From NCBI RefSeq assembly GCF_009914755.1, contig NC_060934.1: 64,000 nucleotides of DNA; one strand, given 5' to 3'. The notes beneath the pieces were generated by a model. It saw only the letters and a list, made by a program, of their open reading frames with translations. It did not search any database and was not told the origin of the DNA. The number at the start of each line of letters is the position of its first letter. The stretch's first letter is position 1. Positions 1-13,440 of this stretch are shown piece by piece. The position numbers and the translations under genes are program-made. Source of the stretch: the human T2T-CHM13v2.0 reference genome, Homo sapiens.

Positions 1-108
1 CTTCATTTGTACCCACTCCTTCACGGACCTAGAGATGATGAGGTGAGGTTATTCACGTGTTCATCATTCCGCAATTATTTTTCGAGTGCCTGCTCTGTAA
101 TTTCTAGG

Positions 109-258
109 TGGGGCTGACCTTACAGGCACAGTACCTGAGCAGGTGCAGAGGGTTCCCTGTGCTTGGTTCAATGCTCTGCAGCCACTACCTTGAAAATCTT
201 AAGAATATCCTTAACAAGAACCCCACGTTTTCATTTTGCAAATTATGTAGCTAGTTTT
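109..258 (+). mobile_element. MER45A-like hAT fossil within an L2 remnant
   Basis: GCTTGGTTCAATGCTCTG...TTTTCATTTTGCA...AATTATGTAGC resembles MER45A. Confidence 0.6.
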
Positions 259-633
259 TCTCCTGTATACACACTCCTAAGAGCTAGAGATACAGCAGTG
301 AACAAAACAGACAAAAATCTTGCCTGCATGAAGCTGACATTTCTCATCTGTTAATTCATTTAACAAACACTGTGCTCATACTGTATGAGGAAGACCATTT
401 CAGGAGGGGAGAGGTGCACAAACAGCCTAGGTGAGAAAACATTTGCATAAAGAATAGGCAAGAAAAACAGTACGACTGTCTTCTTTCCATCTTTTTCTTT
501 TTTGTACCGTGGCACTGACTAGGACCTCCAGTATTACATTGAATAAAAGTGATGATAATAACCATTCTTGCCTTGCTCCTGATTTTAATGAGAATTCTTC
601 TAATATTTCTCAATTTAGGTTGATGAGTTTTGT

Positions 634-672
634 TGGGTTGGTGCGAAAGTAACTGTGGTTTTTGCCATTAAT
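634..672 (+). mobile_element. Partial MADE1 (mariner MITE)
   Basis: GGTTGGTGCGAAAGTAACTGTGGTTTTTGCCATTA matches the Hsmar1/MADE1 TIR. Confidence 0.6.
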
Positions 673-902
673 GTAATTTTTTATCTTTTATTCAGTTAAA
701 AAATTCCTTTCTAAATTTAACATTTTTTGACCAGCATTTATGTTAAATACTGTGAAAAGCTTTTCCTGTAGCTATTGAGATAAATATATCATTTTTATTT
801 TTCTATCAGTGCATGTGATGAATTATATTTATAAATTTTTTAAAGGATTCCGAATACATATTTTTAAAAGACCCTGAATCTACAGGACCTGCTGACAGAT
901 CA

Positions 903-1220
<318 letters not shown>

Positions 1221-1239
1221 AGAAAGAAAGAAAAAGAGT

Positions 1240-1520
1240 CAAATACAATGCCAAAAGTTTTAGCCTAGACAAGTGAGCAAATAAAATTGCCATTTATCCA
1301 AACAGGGAAGGCTATAAGAAGAAGGTTTTGTTTTCAGTGAGAGAGGGGAGTCCAGAATTAGCTCAGCTTTGTACATGTGAAATATAAGATGTCTGTTAGG
1401 TATGAAATGGAGATGTGGACCAGGCATTTGGATACATGCAGTAGAGACTGAGAAAACAAGTACTGGCTGAATACATGAACATATTAATTTGAGAGCCATC
1501 AGCATTTGTGGACATTGAAA
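1240..1520. mobile_element. L2 fragment
   Basis: Degenerate L2-type sequence. Confidence 0.5.
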
Positions 1521-1824
1521 CATTCTTAAGGACCTCCATATATACAGGAGTAAGTAAATCTCAAAATTATTTGCAAAATGTTTTCCCTTCTTTTGCGTAG
1601 AAGGAAATAAGTGCTCATACAGAGTATCTATTCTATGATGTTATTCAGCAGGTCCTTTTGTTCTAGGCTTCCATAATATTCCTCACCACACATACAGGTT
1701 TATTCTGGTAGTATAGATTTTTGTCTGATAGGTTGTATTCAAGAGTCTACTGTATCTGTAAAATGTGATGAAAATTTTGCAATTTGGCCAAGCAGACCTG
1801 AAATAGAACAGGTACATGGACATA

Positions 1825-1827
<3 letters not shown>

Positions 1828-1857
<30 letters not shown>
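1828..1857 (+). repeat. (CA)n microsatellite
   Basis: Seen directly. Confidence 0.95.
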
Positions 1858-1861
<4 letters not shown>

Positions 1862-1892
1862 CCACCAATTTTACTGTATGTAAATTTAAAAT

Positions 1893-2490
1893 ATTTTTTA
1901 TTTTATTTTTCATTGGCACATAATAATTGTACATATTTATGGGGTACAGTGTGATGTTTCAGTACATGTATACAATGTAAAATGACTACATTGGGATAAT
2001 TAACACATCTAGATCCTCAAAGATTTAATATTTATTTGTGGTAAGAACATTCAAAATCCTCCCTTCTAGCTATTTTGAAATATACAATATATTACTATTA
2101 ACTCTAGTCACCTGACTGTGCAGTGGAACACTAGAACTTATTCCTCCCATCTAACTGTAACTCCGTACCCATTGACCAGTCTCTCCTCATTCCCTCCTTC
2201 TCCCTACCCTCCCCAGCCTCTGGTAACCACCATTCCGCTTTCTACTTCTATGAGATCAACATTTTCTGGATTCTACAGATGAGTAAAATCGAGGAGTATT
2301 TGTCTTTCTGTGCCTGGCTTATTTCACTTAGCATAATGTTCTCCAAGCTTATCCATGTTGCTCAAATGAGAGGATTTCATTCTTTTTATGGCTGAATGGT
2401 ATCCCATTGTGTAAATATGCCACATTTTCTTTATCCATTTATCTATTGATGGACACTTAGCCATATCGTGGCCATTGTGAATCGTGCTGC
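1893..2490 (-). mobile_element. L1 3' end (L1MA-type)
   Basis: Antisense L1 3' UTR motifs (TGTGCCTGGCTTATTTCACTTAGCATAATG, TTTTTATGGCTGAAT). Confidence 0.85.
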
Positions 2491-2886
2491 CTCCATCTCA
2501 AAATTCTGCCTTTGATGTTTTACAAAGATACCATCCAGCCTAAAGGAAGAAATGATCTCTTCAAGTAAAATGGAAGGTGCAGGTATTTATAAAGTGGGAT
2601 GGCTATGATGATGGGCTTCTACTTATTACTCATTAAATGATGTGAAGTCTGAGCCAAAGGCAAGTTCCTCTTGTTCCGTAGGTTCTTGGGTCTAAATTTA
2701 TAGCATCAAGACTGAAGACCAGAAGTGACCCTCAAAGACGGCACAATCACCTAGTAGTCCATTCATTGTCCTGCCTTTAAGTAGCACCACACCCTAAGCC
2801 ACTGTAGACCTAACTGCCTTAACTATCTCACAGAATTATTTAGAGAATCAAACAAGAAACACAATGGTTAAGAAAAATATTGAGCC

Positions 2887-3312
2887 CTTGGAACCAACCC
2901 AAATGCCCATCAATGATAGACTGGATAAAGAAAATGTGGCACATATACACCATGGAATACTATGCAGCCATAAAAAAGGATGAGTTCATGTCCTTTGCAG
3001 GGACATGGATGAAGCTGGAAACCATCATTCTCAGCAAATTAACACAAGAACAGAAAACCAAACACCACATATTCTCACTCGTAAGTGGGAGTTGAACAAT
3101 GAGAACACATGGACACAGGGAGGGGAACATCACACACCGGGGGCCTGTCGGAGGGATGGGGGCTAGGGGAGGGATAGCATTAGGAGAAATACCTAATGTA
3201 GATGACAGGTTGATGGGTGCAGCAAACCACCATGGCACATGTATACCTATGTAGTAAACCTGCATGTTCTGCACATGTACCCCAGAACTTAAAGTATAAT
3301 CATAAAAAAAAA
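2887..3312 (+). mobile_element. 5'-truncated L1PA 3' end
   Basis: ORF2 C-terminal peptide WNQPKCPSMIDWIKKMWHIYTMEYYAA, L1PA 3' UTR and A tail. Confidence 0.93.
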
Positions 3313-5349
3313 TGAGCTTTACAAATAAGAAGCATTCTTTTCATATGTGTGCATCCAAACTTACTGATCATTTCTATCCTAAAAAGTAAGAAACCCAAAG
3401 TTATAAAAATTACCAGAACCTAGTATACTTTAATATTTAAAAGGATCCATTCAACACACAGTTGCCCTGGAGTCCTGTCTTCAACATTGCTTTCTTTCCT
3501 TTCCCCAAACCAGGCAAATTTATTAGATTCCTGATGAGATTACTGTTCAACTCCTACATCCTCCCTCTGCTCATCCCATCCCTGACTAACGTGTGACCTT
3601 TTTTGACTGAATTATTGAAAGCCATTAATGGTTTCATTGCTTCTGATTGCCAGCATTTGCCAATTGTGCTGTGGCATTTATCAAGCTCTTGTTAGGCTGG
3701 GCACGGATCACTTCCAGCATTGGTTTAAGCTCCATAAACTAAATTTCCTTAATTAGAATCAGCTCAGCTCCAATAGTCCAGGCTAATAAGCTACTAATGG
3801 ATTTGCCATGGAGTCTGTAGCAAAAAGAAACAGAATTAGTTGATCTTTAGCAAAGTTAAACAGTATTGAAACTTACAGAAAAGGAAGTCATTTCTCTAGA
3901 GCCCTGATGAGATTTGAGGTGATCAGCCCCACTGGGGGTGCAGGGCACTACCCCAAGTAGTGTCCTCCTATGGAAGGGGGGTTGGGCTTGCAGGAAGCTG
4001 CTTTAACGCTGAGGGTCTCATGTCCCCTTCCCTTCACCTTTATCACCTGCTGTGTTCATGTCTAAGATGGCTTCTGATAAAGAAGAAAGGCATTTAGGTC
4101 AATGGGAAATTGTGGGGAAGTTGACTCCCCGAAGAAACCGCAAGCTGTTCCCTTCATTTAACTGCTCAAGTAGTTTCAGAGAGTTCCTGAAAAGAGGCTT
4201 GCCTTAGCAATCAGAAGATCTGGGTTCTTACTAGCTCTATGGACTTGGGTAAACCACTCTACCTCTTAACATTGGGCTCCAATTACATCTTCAGTGAAAT
4301 AGGGATCATGAAATCTTACCAACTTCCAAGAACAAAGTTTGGTCCAGATGAATTCTGCCCAAGATCTCCTCGACAACTAAACCAGGTGAGCCCCATCCAT
4401 TTTACCATCCATGCCCTAATTCCCCTACTTTACCTCCTTCCTCATTTCAGACCACAAAGATCTAAATCTTCCTTCCACAGTGGGTGAAGGAGTTTGGCTG
4501 CATCATGGCGGGAAGCATGGTTTTTGTGTGCAACCAGCAAAGCTCCTTCAGTTTTGAAAGGGAATTGGCCTCTGTGATTACAAAAAACAAAAACAAACAA
4601 ACAAACAAATAAAAACTTAGCTTAAAATCTGCTCAGGTTTGAATAGAAAAGTGGTGGGTAGAAAGAAGCCCAAGGTAAAAAAGGGAGAATGGATTGAATG
4701 TGCGTTTTCTTGACTCTTTCTTCCCACTGTCTGCCTCCTCCGTGGGTATCTCTCACTTACATTCCTGTCGCATCACCTAAGTTGCCCCCAAAAACTACGT
4801 GCCCCTTTAACATTCATTCATTCTCATTCAGTTAGCATTTGCTGAGAGCTTCTACTTGCTAAGCACTGGGCTTGGAATAAAGGTGCTGGGTAAATTGGGC
4901 CAATCCCTGCCCTAGGAAACTCACAAGTTAGTAGAGGAGTCAGTGGGTAAAGGGAGGATTAGGGGGAAACATGTCAGGGACGTCTCTGTAGTGCCTGCAA
5001 GGTGATGCGGGAGATCAAGATGGGAAATGGGAGTCCTGCAGAAAACGCTCATGGTGGAAGTAATGCCACGCCTTGTCTTGAAGGAGGAGCTGGGAGGATA
5101 AGGTGCACTCCCAGACACAACCTGTGTCCCAGATGGCACTCACCCTCCTCTGTGCTTTGTTTCCTCACTGGTCCCCCCAACCAGTCTGTGACCTCCTTGA
5201 GGGCAAGAATGGCCCTGTTCATCCTCATGCGCTCTGCACTTTGCACACTTCCAGGCACATTAGAGGCCTTCGATCCAAGGCTGGTGGATGGATGGATGGA
5301 TGAGTAAACAACAAATGAGCAAAACGGCTCTTTTGAAAAGTGCAGCCCC

Positions 5350-5455
5350 TAGATGATGGGTTGATTGACAGGTGCGGCACACCACCATGGCACACATATA
5401 CCTATGTGGCAAACCTGCACATTCTGCACTCGTATCCCAAAACTTAAAGTAAAAA
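5350..5455 (+). mobile_element. Very short L1PA 3' end
   Basis: ACCACCATGGCACACATATACCTATG...AAACTTAAAGTAAAA. Confidence 0.8.
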
Positions 5456-5558
5456 AGAAAAGAAAAGAGAAAAGGGAAAAAGGAAAGGAAAGGAAAGGAA
5501 AGGAAAGGAAAGGGAGGGGAGGGGAGGGGAGGGGAGGGGAAGGGAGGGGAGGGGAGGG
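5451..5558 (+). repeat. Polypurine tract (GAAAA)n-(GGAAA)n-(GGGGA)n
   Basis: Seen directly. Confidence 0.95.
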
Positions 5559-6337
5559 TAAAGGGCAAGCAGCCATTGAAGTAGGAAGAGGATGATAGAA
5601 AAACAACGGAAGCAAACCTCAGGGCCCCAGGGTTTTCTGATTGCTTGATTGGGATGGAAGACTTGCTTGTGGCCACCCACTGAGGGCAGAAAGACTGAGG
5701 GGGTGGGAGCCTGGGGCCCTGGAGGGGTGAGAGCTTGGGGCCATGGAGGGGTTGGAGCGCAGGGGCGGATGCCATTCACTGCACAGGAAGAACAAAGGGG
5801 TAAGAGGGGGTGACAGGTTGATCAAGGCTGTGCCAGTTTGGGTCCATCGCAGCAGGAGAAGAGGCAGGAGGCTGAGGAGCTCACTGGCTTCCCAGGGCAG
5901 TGGCCGTGCTACCGTCTGCTGGTGCAGGACAGATGGGGACTCCTTATTCATCACCTCTCCTGGTTAGCTGTGCCCTCCCACACTGGGGTTCTCAGACCCC
6001 CAAGTCATTTACCAGCCTTGGCTCCCAGCCCTTGTCCTTTGGGCACCTTGAAAATGTGCCTTGTCTAGAGAATCAGGTTGACAGGTGCTTTTCATCAAAA
6101 ATCCATTGCAAGGTGGCACCTGACAAGCTTTGAATGTTCTGAGTACGACAGTGTCCCCAGTCTCAGTGTCTTCAAAAGTTTGTCTTTGCGTCAGCTTGAC
6201 TGGACAGAAGTTCTTGTGTTCTTATTTCCCTTACAGATAAATTCCTGTCCCATCTCCCTGTCGGCTGCCAGCCAGATGGAATCACTGTCTGCTGTCAGCT
6301 GGAACAGTTCCTGATAATAGGACGTGCCCGGAATGGG

Positions 6338-6338
<1 letters not shown>

Positions 6339-6382
<44 letters not shown>

Positions 6383-6800
6383 GGGATGCATGTATGTATT
6401 GTGGGGTGTGTGTATGTGTGTTGTGGAGGGGTATTGTGTGGTGTGTGTGGTATGGCGTGTGATGTGGTTATGGTGTGGTGTGTGGTGATATGTGTGTTGT
6501 AGACTGTGTTGTGGGCGTGGTGAGGGGGTGTGTGTTGTCATGTGATGGGTGGTGTGGATATGCGTGTGGTGATATTCATGCAGTGTGTGTGGTGTGTGTT
6601 GTATCTTGTGTGTGTTGCATGTCTTGTGTATATGTTGTGTGTTGTTTTGTGTATGTTGTGTGTGTGTCGTGTGGTGTGTGTTTCATGTGTGTCATGTGTG
6701 TTTGTGTTATGTGTCATGTATGTTGTATTGTGTCATGTGTGTTGGTGTGTGTTGTGTGTTTTTGTGTGTTGTCTGTATTGTGTTGTTTGTGTGTATGTGT
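6339..6800 (+). repeat. Pure (TG)n followed by a degenerate GT-rich tract
   Basis: Seen directly. Confidence 0.95.
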
Positions 6801-7846
6801 GATGCTCTCTCATGCTAGTTCACTTTCCTCAAATCCCAGCTGGGCTCTGAGCACAGGTTCCAGGTGAAGCCTGACCAGGCCAGGTGACACAGCTTCCTTG
6901 TTTCTGTCCCTGTCTCTGGTCTGCTGCAGCCTTAGGAACCGCAGTCTCTTCTTCTTCCCCAGCTGTGTGGTACGAGAAGTAGCTGTGCTTGTAACAGAGC
7001 TGGTCACCAAGGCGCCTTGGAGACCAGGGATGAGATGCAGACAGAAAGGGGGGTTTGGAGCACAGCCAGGGACCTGGGGGACCCAAAAAGGGAGTGAATA
7101 ATTACTAGTCAGCCCAGTTATGTGATTTTCCTCTTCTCTGCTCTACTTAGTCCCGTGGAGCCCCTGGCAGAGCACCTAGTCAAGGCGTCTGGAAAGGCTG
7201 AAGCCCTAAGAAGGAATTAGAAGTTCCAGATCAAGTCCAAGGTGGAGAGACGCTTCAGCCCACAGGAGCGTAAGTGTGGCTGGGAAGACCAAGCGGCAAT
7301 GGGGATTTTATCTTCCTGCAAAGTGTGTGCAATGGCCAAGATAAAATGCTGAGAACAGTTACCAGGCCTGTGAAAGCCGTGTGAGGGGGGCCCCGCGGAG
7401 CCAGCCCCATCTGACATGTGGGGAAGAAATCCAGGCCGGTCCTAGGAAAGCTGTGGGAAAGCTCCCGGCCTTCTGTGTGGGACTTTTCCTTCCCTGCCTC
7501 CATCTCACATCACTCTCCTTCCAGAACCAAGTACCTCCCTGATGCTCCCTGTTTCCATCCAAGGAAAGCAATCTTGAGGCCCATTCCAACTGACTCGCAA
7601 ATCTTACCACCCATTTCTTTCCATCTTACGAAAGGAATCCTCTCTCATGGGCACTCAGAGGCAATGTGGTACATAGTAAGGAAGCCATTTCGGATAGGAG
7701 GTCCCTTTCCTTGCCCTCAAATCCAACTAACTTTTAATTCTGTTGATGATCAATCAGAAGCTTTTAATATTTTATAAAACCCTTCTTTATTTCTTCATAA
7801 GTGAACTTCCTTTATGTATAAGGGAACTAGGGAAGCTGTTTCCTAA

Positions 7847-8077
7847 CTCCTTCCTTCCCTGCTTCCCTCCTTCCTTCCCTGCTTCCCTCCTTCCTTCCTT
7901 CCCTCCTTTCTTTGTTTCTGAAACTTCTTTCCTTCCTTCCTTCCTCCTCTGCTTCCTTTCCTCCTTCCTTCCCTCCTCCCTTCCTTCTTTCCTTCCTTCT
8001 TTCCCTCCCTCCCTCCTTCCTTTCTTCCTTCCTTATTTCCTTCCCTCCCTCCTCTCCCACCTTCCTTCCTTCCTTCT
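7847..8077 (+). repeat. Degenerate (CCTT)n polypyrimidine tract
   Basis: Seen directly. Confidence 0.9.
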
Positions 8078-8669
8078 AATGTATTTTGTGCCCATTGTGG
8101 GCCAGCATCCTGATGGCTGGGCAGGTTCTCCAGGCCACCTCTCTTCACCTCCCCACCTAGGGAGCTCACACTGATTCATCGTACGTGATGTCTGGAGCCC
8201 TTTGGCCTTTGTGGCTCTGTGCTATGTCCCAGGAGCATGTTCATCCTCCCTCCTCACTGAGACAACTGATAGCATCTTACCCCATTCTGTCCCTGCAACC
8301 TCCTCACCACCATCACTTTTTGCTCCAACTGATAACTTCCAAGTACTTTCTAGGCAGTCTGTGGTCAGTGGTACTAAGCCCATGTCATTCATGGCTTCTT
8401 TCACTGGTAGACATTTGCCCCTAGGAAGTTTCTGATCTGCACCTCCACAAATAGCTGCCTGTGCCACCTCTCCACCTAAGGGTTCATCCTCAAAGGGCAG
8501 ACCCAGAGGAAATAAGACCCAGAGGAAGCATGCTTGGGGCCCTTTGGCAGACAAGTCCAAGGTCAAGACATGGGGGCTGTAAATGCAGATAGGAATCCAC
8601 AGACTACCCCATGGGAGGAGCTGGCCAGTAGAAGGCCAAATGAAGCCCTGGTGGCCACAATTTGCTCCT

Positions 8670-10195
8670 GAATTCTTGGATGTGACACCAGAAGCCTAAG
8701 CAATAAAAGAATACACAAAGAAATTCTATGTCACCCAAATTTAAAACTTTTGTGCTTTAATAAACACTATCAACAAAGTGAAAAGATAGCCTACAGAATG
8801 GGTAAAAATATTTGCAAATTGTACATATGATAAAGAATTTATAATTCAATAATAAAAGGACACATAGCCCAATTTTTTAATGGGCAAAGGATCAGAATAG
8901 ATATTTCCCTAAGGAAGGTGCACAAATGGTCAATAAGCACATGCCATTTGAAAAGATGCTCAACATCATTAGTCTTTGGGAACTGCAAATCAAAACCACA
9001 ATGAGCCACCACTTTATACTCACTAAGATGCCACTTATCCAAAGGTCAGCATGGCCATTCACTGCTGGTGGGGATGGAAAACAGTCAGGCAGTTCCTCTA
9101 GCAATTAAGTTATCCTGTGATCCAACAATCCCACACCTAGATATATATCCAAGAGAAATAAAAACACTTCCACACAAAAATTTGTACACAAATGTTTATA
9201 ACAGCATTATTTGTACAGGACATACAACCTGTGTGTCCATCAGCTGATGTATGGATAAACAAAATGTCATAGATCCATATCATGGAATATTATTCAGCCA
9301 TGAAAAGCAATGACACACTAATACATACTTCAACATATACGAACCCCGAATGCTAAGCAAAAGACATCAATCACAGAAAGCCACTTAGTGTACAATTTCA
9401 TTTATATGAAATATCCAGAATAAGTAAGTCCATGGAGACAGAAAGCAGACTGGTAGTTGGCAAGGGCGGGGAGGTTGAGGGGAATAGGGAGTAACTGCTC
9501 AGTTGAAAAAGGGTTTTCTTTGGGGGTGATGAAATGTTTTAGAAAGAGACGTAGGTGATCACAGCACACATTGTGAATGTACTAAGTGCCACTGAATTGT
9601 ACACAAAAGACCACATATTACATGACTCCATTTCTATGAAATCTTCAGAATAGGCAAATCTCTTTTTCCCTATTCAGAAAGTAGACCAGGGGTTGCTTAG
9701 GGCTGAGAGGTTGGGGGATAATGTGGTGATAGCTGAATGGTACACATTTCTTTTTGAGATGATGAAAATATCCTAACATTGGCCAGATGCAGTGTCTCAT
9801 GCCTGTAATGCCAGCACTGTGGGAGGCTGAGGCAGGCAGATCACCGGAGGTCAGGAGCTCGAGACCAGCCTGGCCAACATGGTGAAACCCCATCTCTACT
9901 AAAAATACAAAAATTAGCCAGGCATGTTAGTGCCTGCCTGTAATCCCAGCTACTCAGGTGTCTGAGACAGGAGAATCGCTTGAACTCAGAGGCAGAGGTT
10001 GCAGTTAGCCAAGATTGTGCCACTGCACGCTGTCTCAAAAAAAAAAAAAAGAAAAATATCCAAAAATTGGCTGTGGCAATGGTTGCACATATCTGTGGCT
10101 ATAAATTACACATATTTATATTTTAATTAATTATGCATTTTAAGGATTAATTATATGGTATGTGAAATATATCTTAATAAAGCTGTTTTTAAAAA
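8670..10195 (+). mobile_element. Old L1 (L1MB/MC-type) 3' region(s), interrupted by an Alu
   Basis: L1 ORF2-end and 3' UTR motifs (AAAATATTTGCAAAT, ATGGAATATTATTCAGCC, AATAAAGCTG). Confidence 0.8.
9781..10050 (+). mobile_element. Alu (AluS type)
   Basis: Alu dimer with A tail. Confidence 0.95.
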
Positions 10196-10550
10196 CTGGG
10201 GGCCCAGGCCAGTTCCTAAAACATCTGAGTTCCTAAAAAGCCTTTTGGCTCTTCTGCCAGCGGAGGCTTTGTAGTTTTTCCTCCATGCTGGAGCCTAGCC
10301 CACTGTGTCCTTTCTAACCTTTTTCCTCTTCTTTTCTCTTCTTCTGCTTCTTCTACCCTATCTCAAAAGCAATCTCCATTTCTAATGCCAATGCAATTGA
10401 GTAAAATGTGTTTCCTGAACTTCATGCCCATGGGCTCTCCCATTCTATTCCGAAACCTCAAGGTATTTTTCTAAATAAAGACAGCTTCTACCCTAAGAGG
10501 AATTCCAGCATTAGCTATGGAGATTTTTTTCAACCCATTGGAATATTTTA

Positions 10551-10880
<330 letters not shown>

Positions 10881-10989
10881 GACTGCATTTCAGCAACATG
10901 GCAGAGGAAAGTCCTACTAGAGAACATGTAGCCTACAGTGAGTATAGACAAGAGGATTAAAGGGTAGATCCATCAGCTCTTGGCAGCTG

Positions 10990-11500
10990 TTCAGTTAAGA
11001 GCTAGGAAAAAAGTGGAATCTAGGATTTCTCCCAATGTTTGGGCAACTAAGAGGCCAAGGTGGTGCCAGGAATTGAGTGAAGGATCACAGAAGTAACGGT
11101 AAATCTTCTTGGGGGAAGACACTGGGCTGCGTTTTGGAAACATTGAGTTTGACCTGCTTGTAGAACGTCGGAGCAGTGATATCTAGTCAGCAGTTGGATA
11201 TGCAGGTGATGTGCACAGTTGAGTGGCCCCATATGGAGAACTGTCTGGGGTATAAATTTACACAAGGAGTCACTACCTAGAGAAAGAAGCTGCAGTTTAG
11301 TTGGAATTCTCCCTAGAAAATCTGTATGACAAGACAAGCTTGGCTGTGAGTAAAAGAATTAAGACTGAGAAGGACCTGCCAGAGAAGTTGGAGAACCAGA
11401 AGAGACCAGCACCCCAGAGCCAAGAGATCACTTGTAAGGGGTAACGGACAAGAGATTAAGTAAGGAAATATTTGGAGACAACAGACTGGAAAAACTATCA
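10990..11500. mobile_element. L2 fragment
   Basis: TTTTGGAAACATTGAGTTTGA...GCAGTTGGATAT L2-type motifs. Confidence 0.55.
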
Positions 11501-12312
11501 TTCCATTCTCTTTATCTTTGAGATGGATAATATCTGCCCTGTAGGGTTGTAGGGAGGAGTGAATTAATGAATGAAAACAACCCCCTCAAAACTAGCCCCA
11601 GAGTCCCAAGGCACCGGCCAAGGCTACAACCAAAACACTTTGGTTCCTAGTTCAGTTCTGTCTTCACGACACGATGCCTTTTCCATTCAGGTATCTTGCC
11701 TGCAATGTAACAGCTACATAAAGAACTATTCATTTAACAAACTGTTATTAAATACCTATTACTTTCCACGCACTGTGATACAGAGATGAACAAGACATAG
11801 ATCCTTCTCTGGTTGAGAAGCTATCACATCAGGTTCAAATCAGCCTAGTTCTGCTAACTCTGATGGGGGTCTGAGGGGCATTGTAATGACTCAGTGGCCA
11901 ATTAGATGTTTTCAAACAGTTTATTGTGAGGCTCACACACATCAACAATCATGCAAATATATTCAATACACACAAGTAGTGATAAGAGAGAGGGGCAACA
12001 AACCGTGGCAGTAAGTAGGTGGGGAGACCAGCACACTAACTGACCAGACAGGCAGGTCCAAATTTCCCTCCAAAATCAACAGAAGGCCTCAGAATTCTCA
12101 GGGGCAGAGTTTCTGCAGGCATCTTGGCCAGGGTTAGTCTCTTTGCTGTTTTCATGGCCTCCACAGGAGGGTCCATGGTCATTAACTCAGCCATGTTTTA
12201 GCTTCATTTTCCTGTCAGTTCTCCGGGGTGCCTGGCCACAGCAGGTGTCATCACCTCAGTCCACCACACATATGCTTGTCACTTTCAGGGGTCAGCAATT
12301 CACTGTGGGCCA

Positions 12313-12934
12313 TGTCAACCAAAAATTATCAGAGACAGGTCTCAATCAATTTAGAATGCTTATTTGGCCAAGGTTCAGGATGCACACCCGGGAGGCAGGT
12401 GCCTTTCTCCAAAGATGATGTTGAGGGATTCAAAATTTAAAGGGGAAAGGGCAGATGTTGGAGAAAGAGGAAGAAATTTTTTAAAGATGTGGGTAGATAA
12501 AAGACAGACGATTCCATTCACCAAATATACAATTTATATGTGAAAGAAGGGTAGAGTAACACTCATGTAGTCCTTCCTCTAGCTCAGCAAATCTGCATTT
12601 TTACATCAGAGGAGGCAGTCAGATGCACATTTGTCCCAGGTGAGCAGAGGGCTAAATTTGAGTTCCATCCTTTGTCCCAAACCTGTGAATATAAGCTATC
12701 ATTGACATTGTCAAGGTAAAATTCAACTGAACGGTTTTTTGGGTAAAGATCTTGGGGTCCACAAGGCATTTCCTAGTGGGAAAACTGTGAGGGAAGCATG
12801 TAGCTTTTTTTTTAACTTCACCGCTATCTTATTTAGGAATACAATTGGAGGTACATTTGCCTGATGCAGTTCCCAGTTTGATTTTTCCCTTTGGCTTAGT
12901 GATTTTGGGTCCTGAGATTTATTTGCTTTTCACA
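12313..12934 (-). mobile_element. MER4-family ERV1 solo LTR, apparently inside an older LTR-like segment (~11823-12990)
   Basis: TG...CA ends; GAGACAGGTCTCAATCAATTTAGAA and TTCCCTTTGGCTTAGTGATTTTGGG MER4 hallmarks. Confidence 0.75.
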
Positions 12935-13254
12935 GCTGAGTTACATGTCACAAGTGACTCCATTTGGAGACATTTAGGATCATAAAACATTATTATATAT
13001 CATAAATGGAAAAAGAAAACCAACAATCACAGTGCAAGCTAGGGTGGAGGTGTGGCCAGGTATGAGTAACGCAAAAGTGAGACTGCTCATGAATTTGCTG
13101 GTGGAAGTAAACTCGGGGAAGGTTTAGCTTGGGTGTCCTAATGGAGAGGTGAAAGGCAAACATAGCTGGGAGAAGACACGGTCCATTTAGGGATAATGAA
13201 TTTGGAGCAGAGAGCCTTTAGGGGGAAATTTGGAGAAGGATTTTAGGGGGGTTG

Positions 13255-13440
13255 GTGCAGTGATTTTCAGCCTTGGCTACACATTACAATCACCTGTGTA
13301 GCTTTTAAGAAATCCTGATATCTGAGGGTGCACTCCAAACTTTTTAAATGAGATTCTGAGCTGGTAGGGGCCAGGGAGGAATATTTTTTAAGTCTCTCTA
13401 GATGATGATTTGAATGGGCAGCCAAGATTGAGAACTCATT
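13255..13440. mobile_element. MER5-type hAT-Charlie fossil
   Basis: CAGTGATTTTCA...TTGAGAAC termini. Confidence 0.6.
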
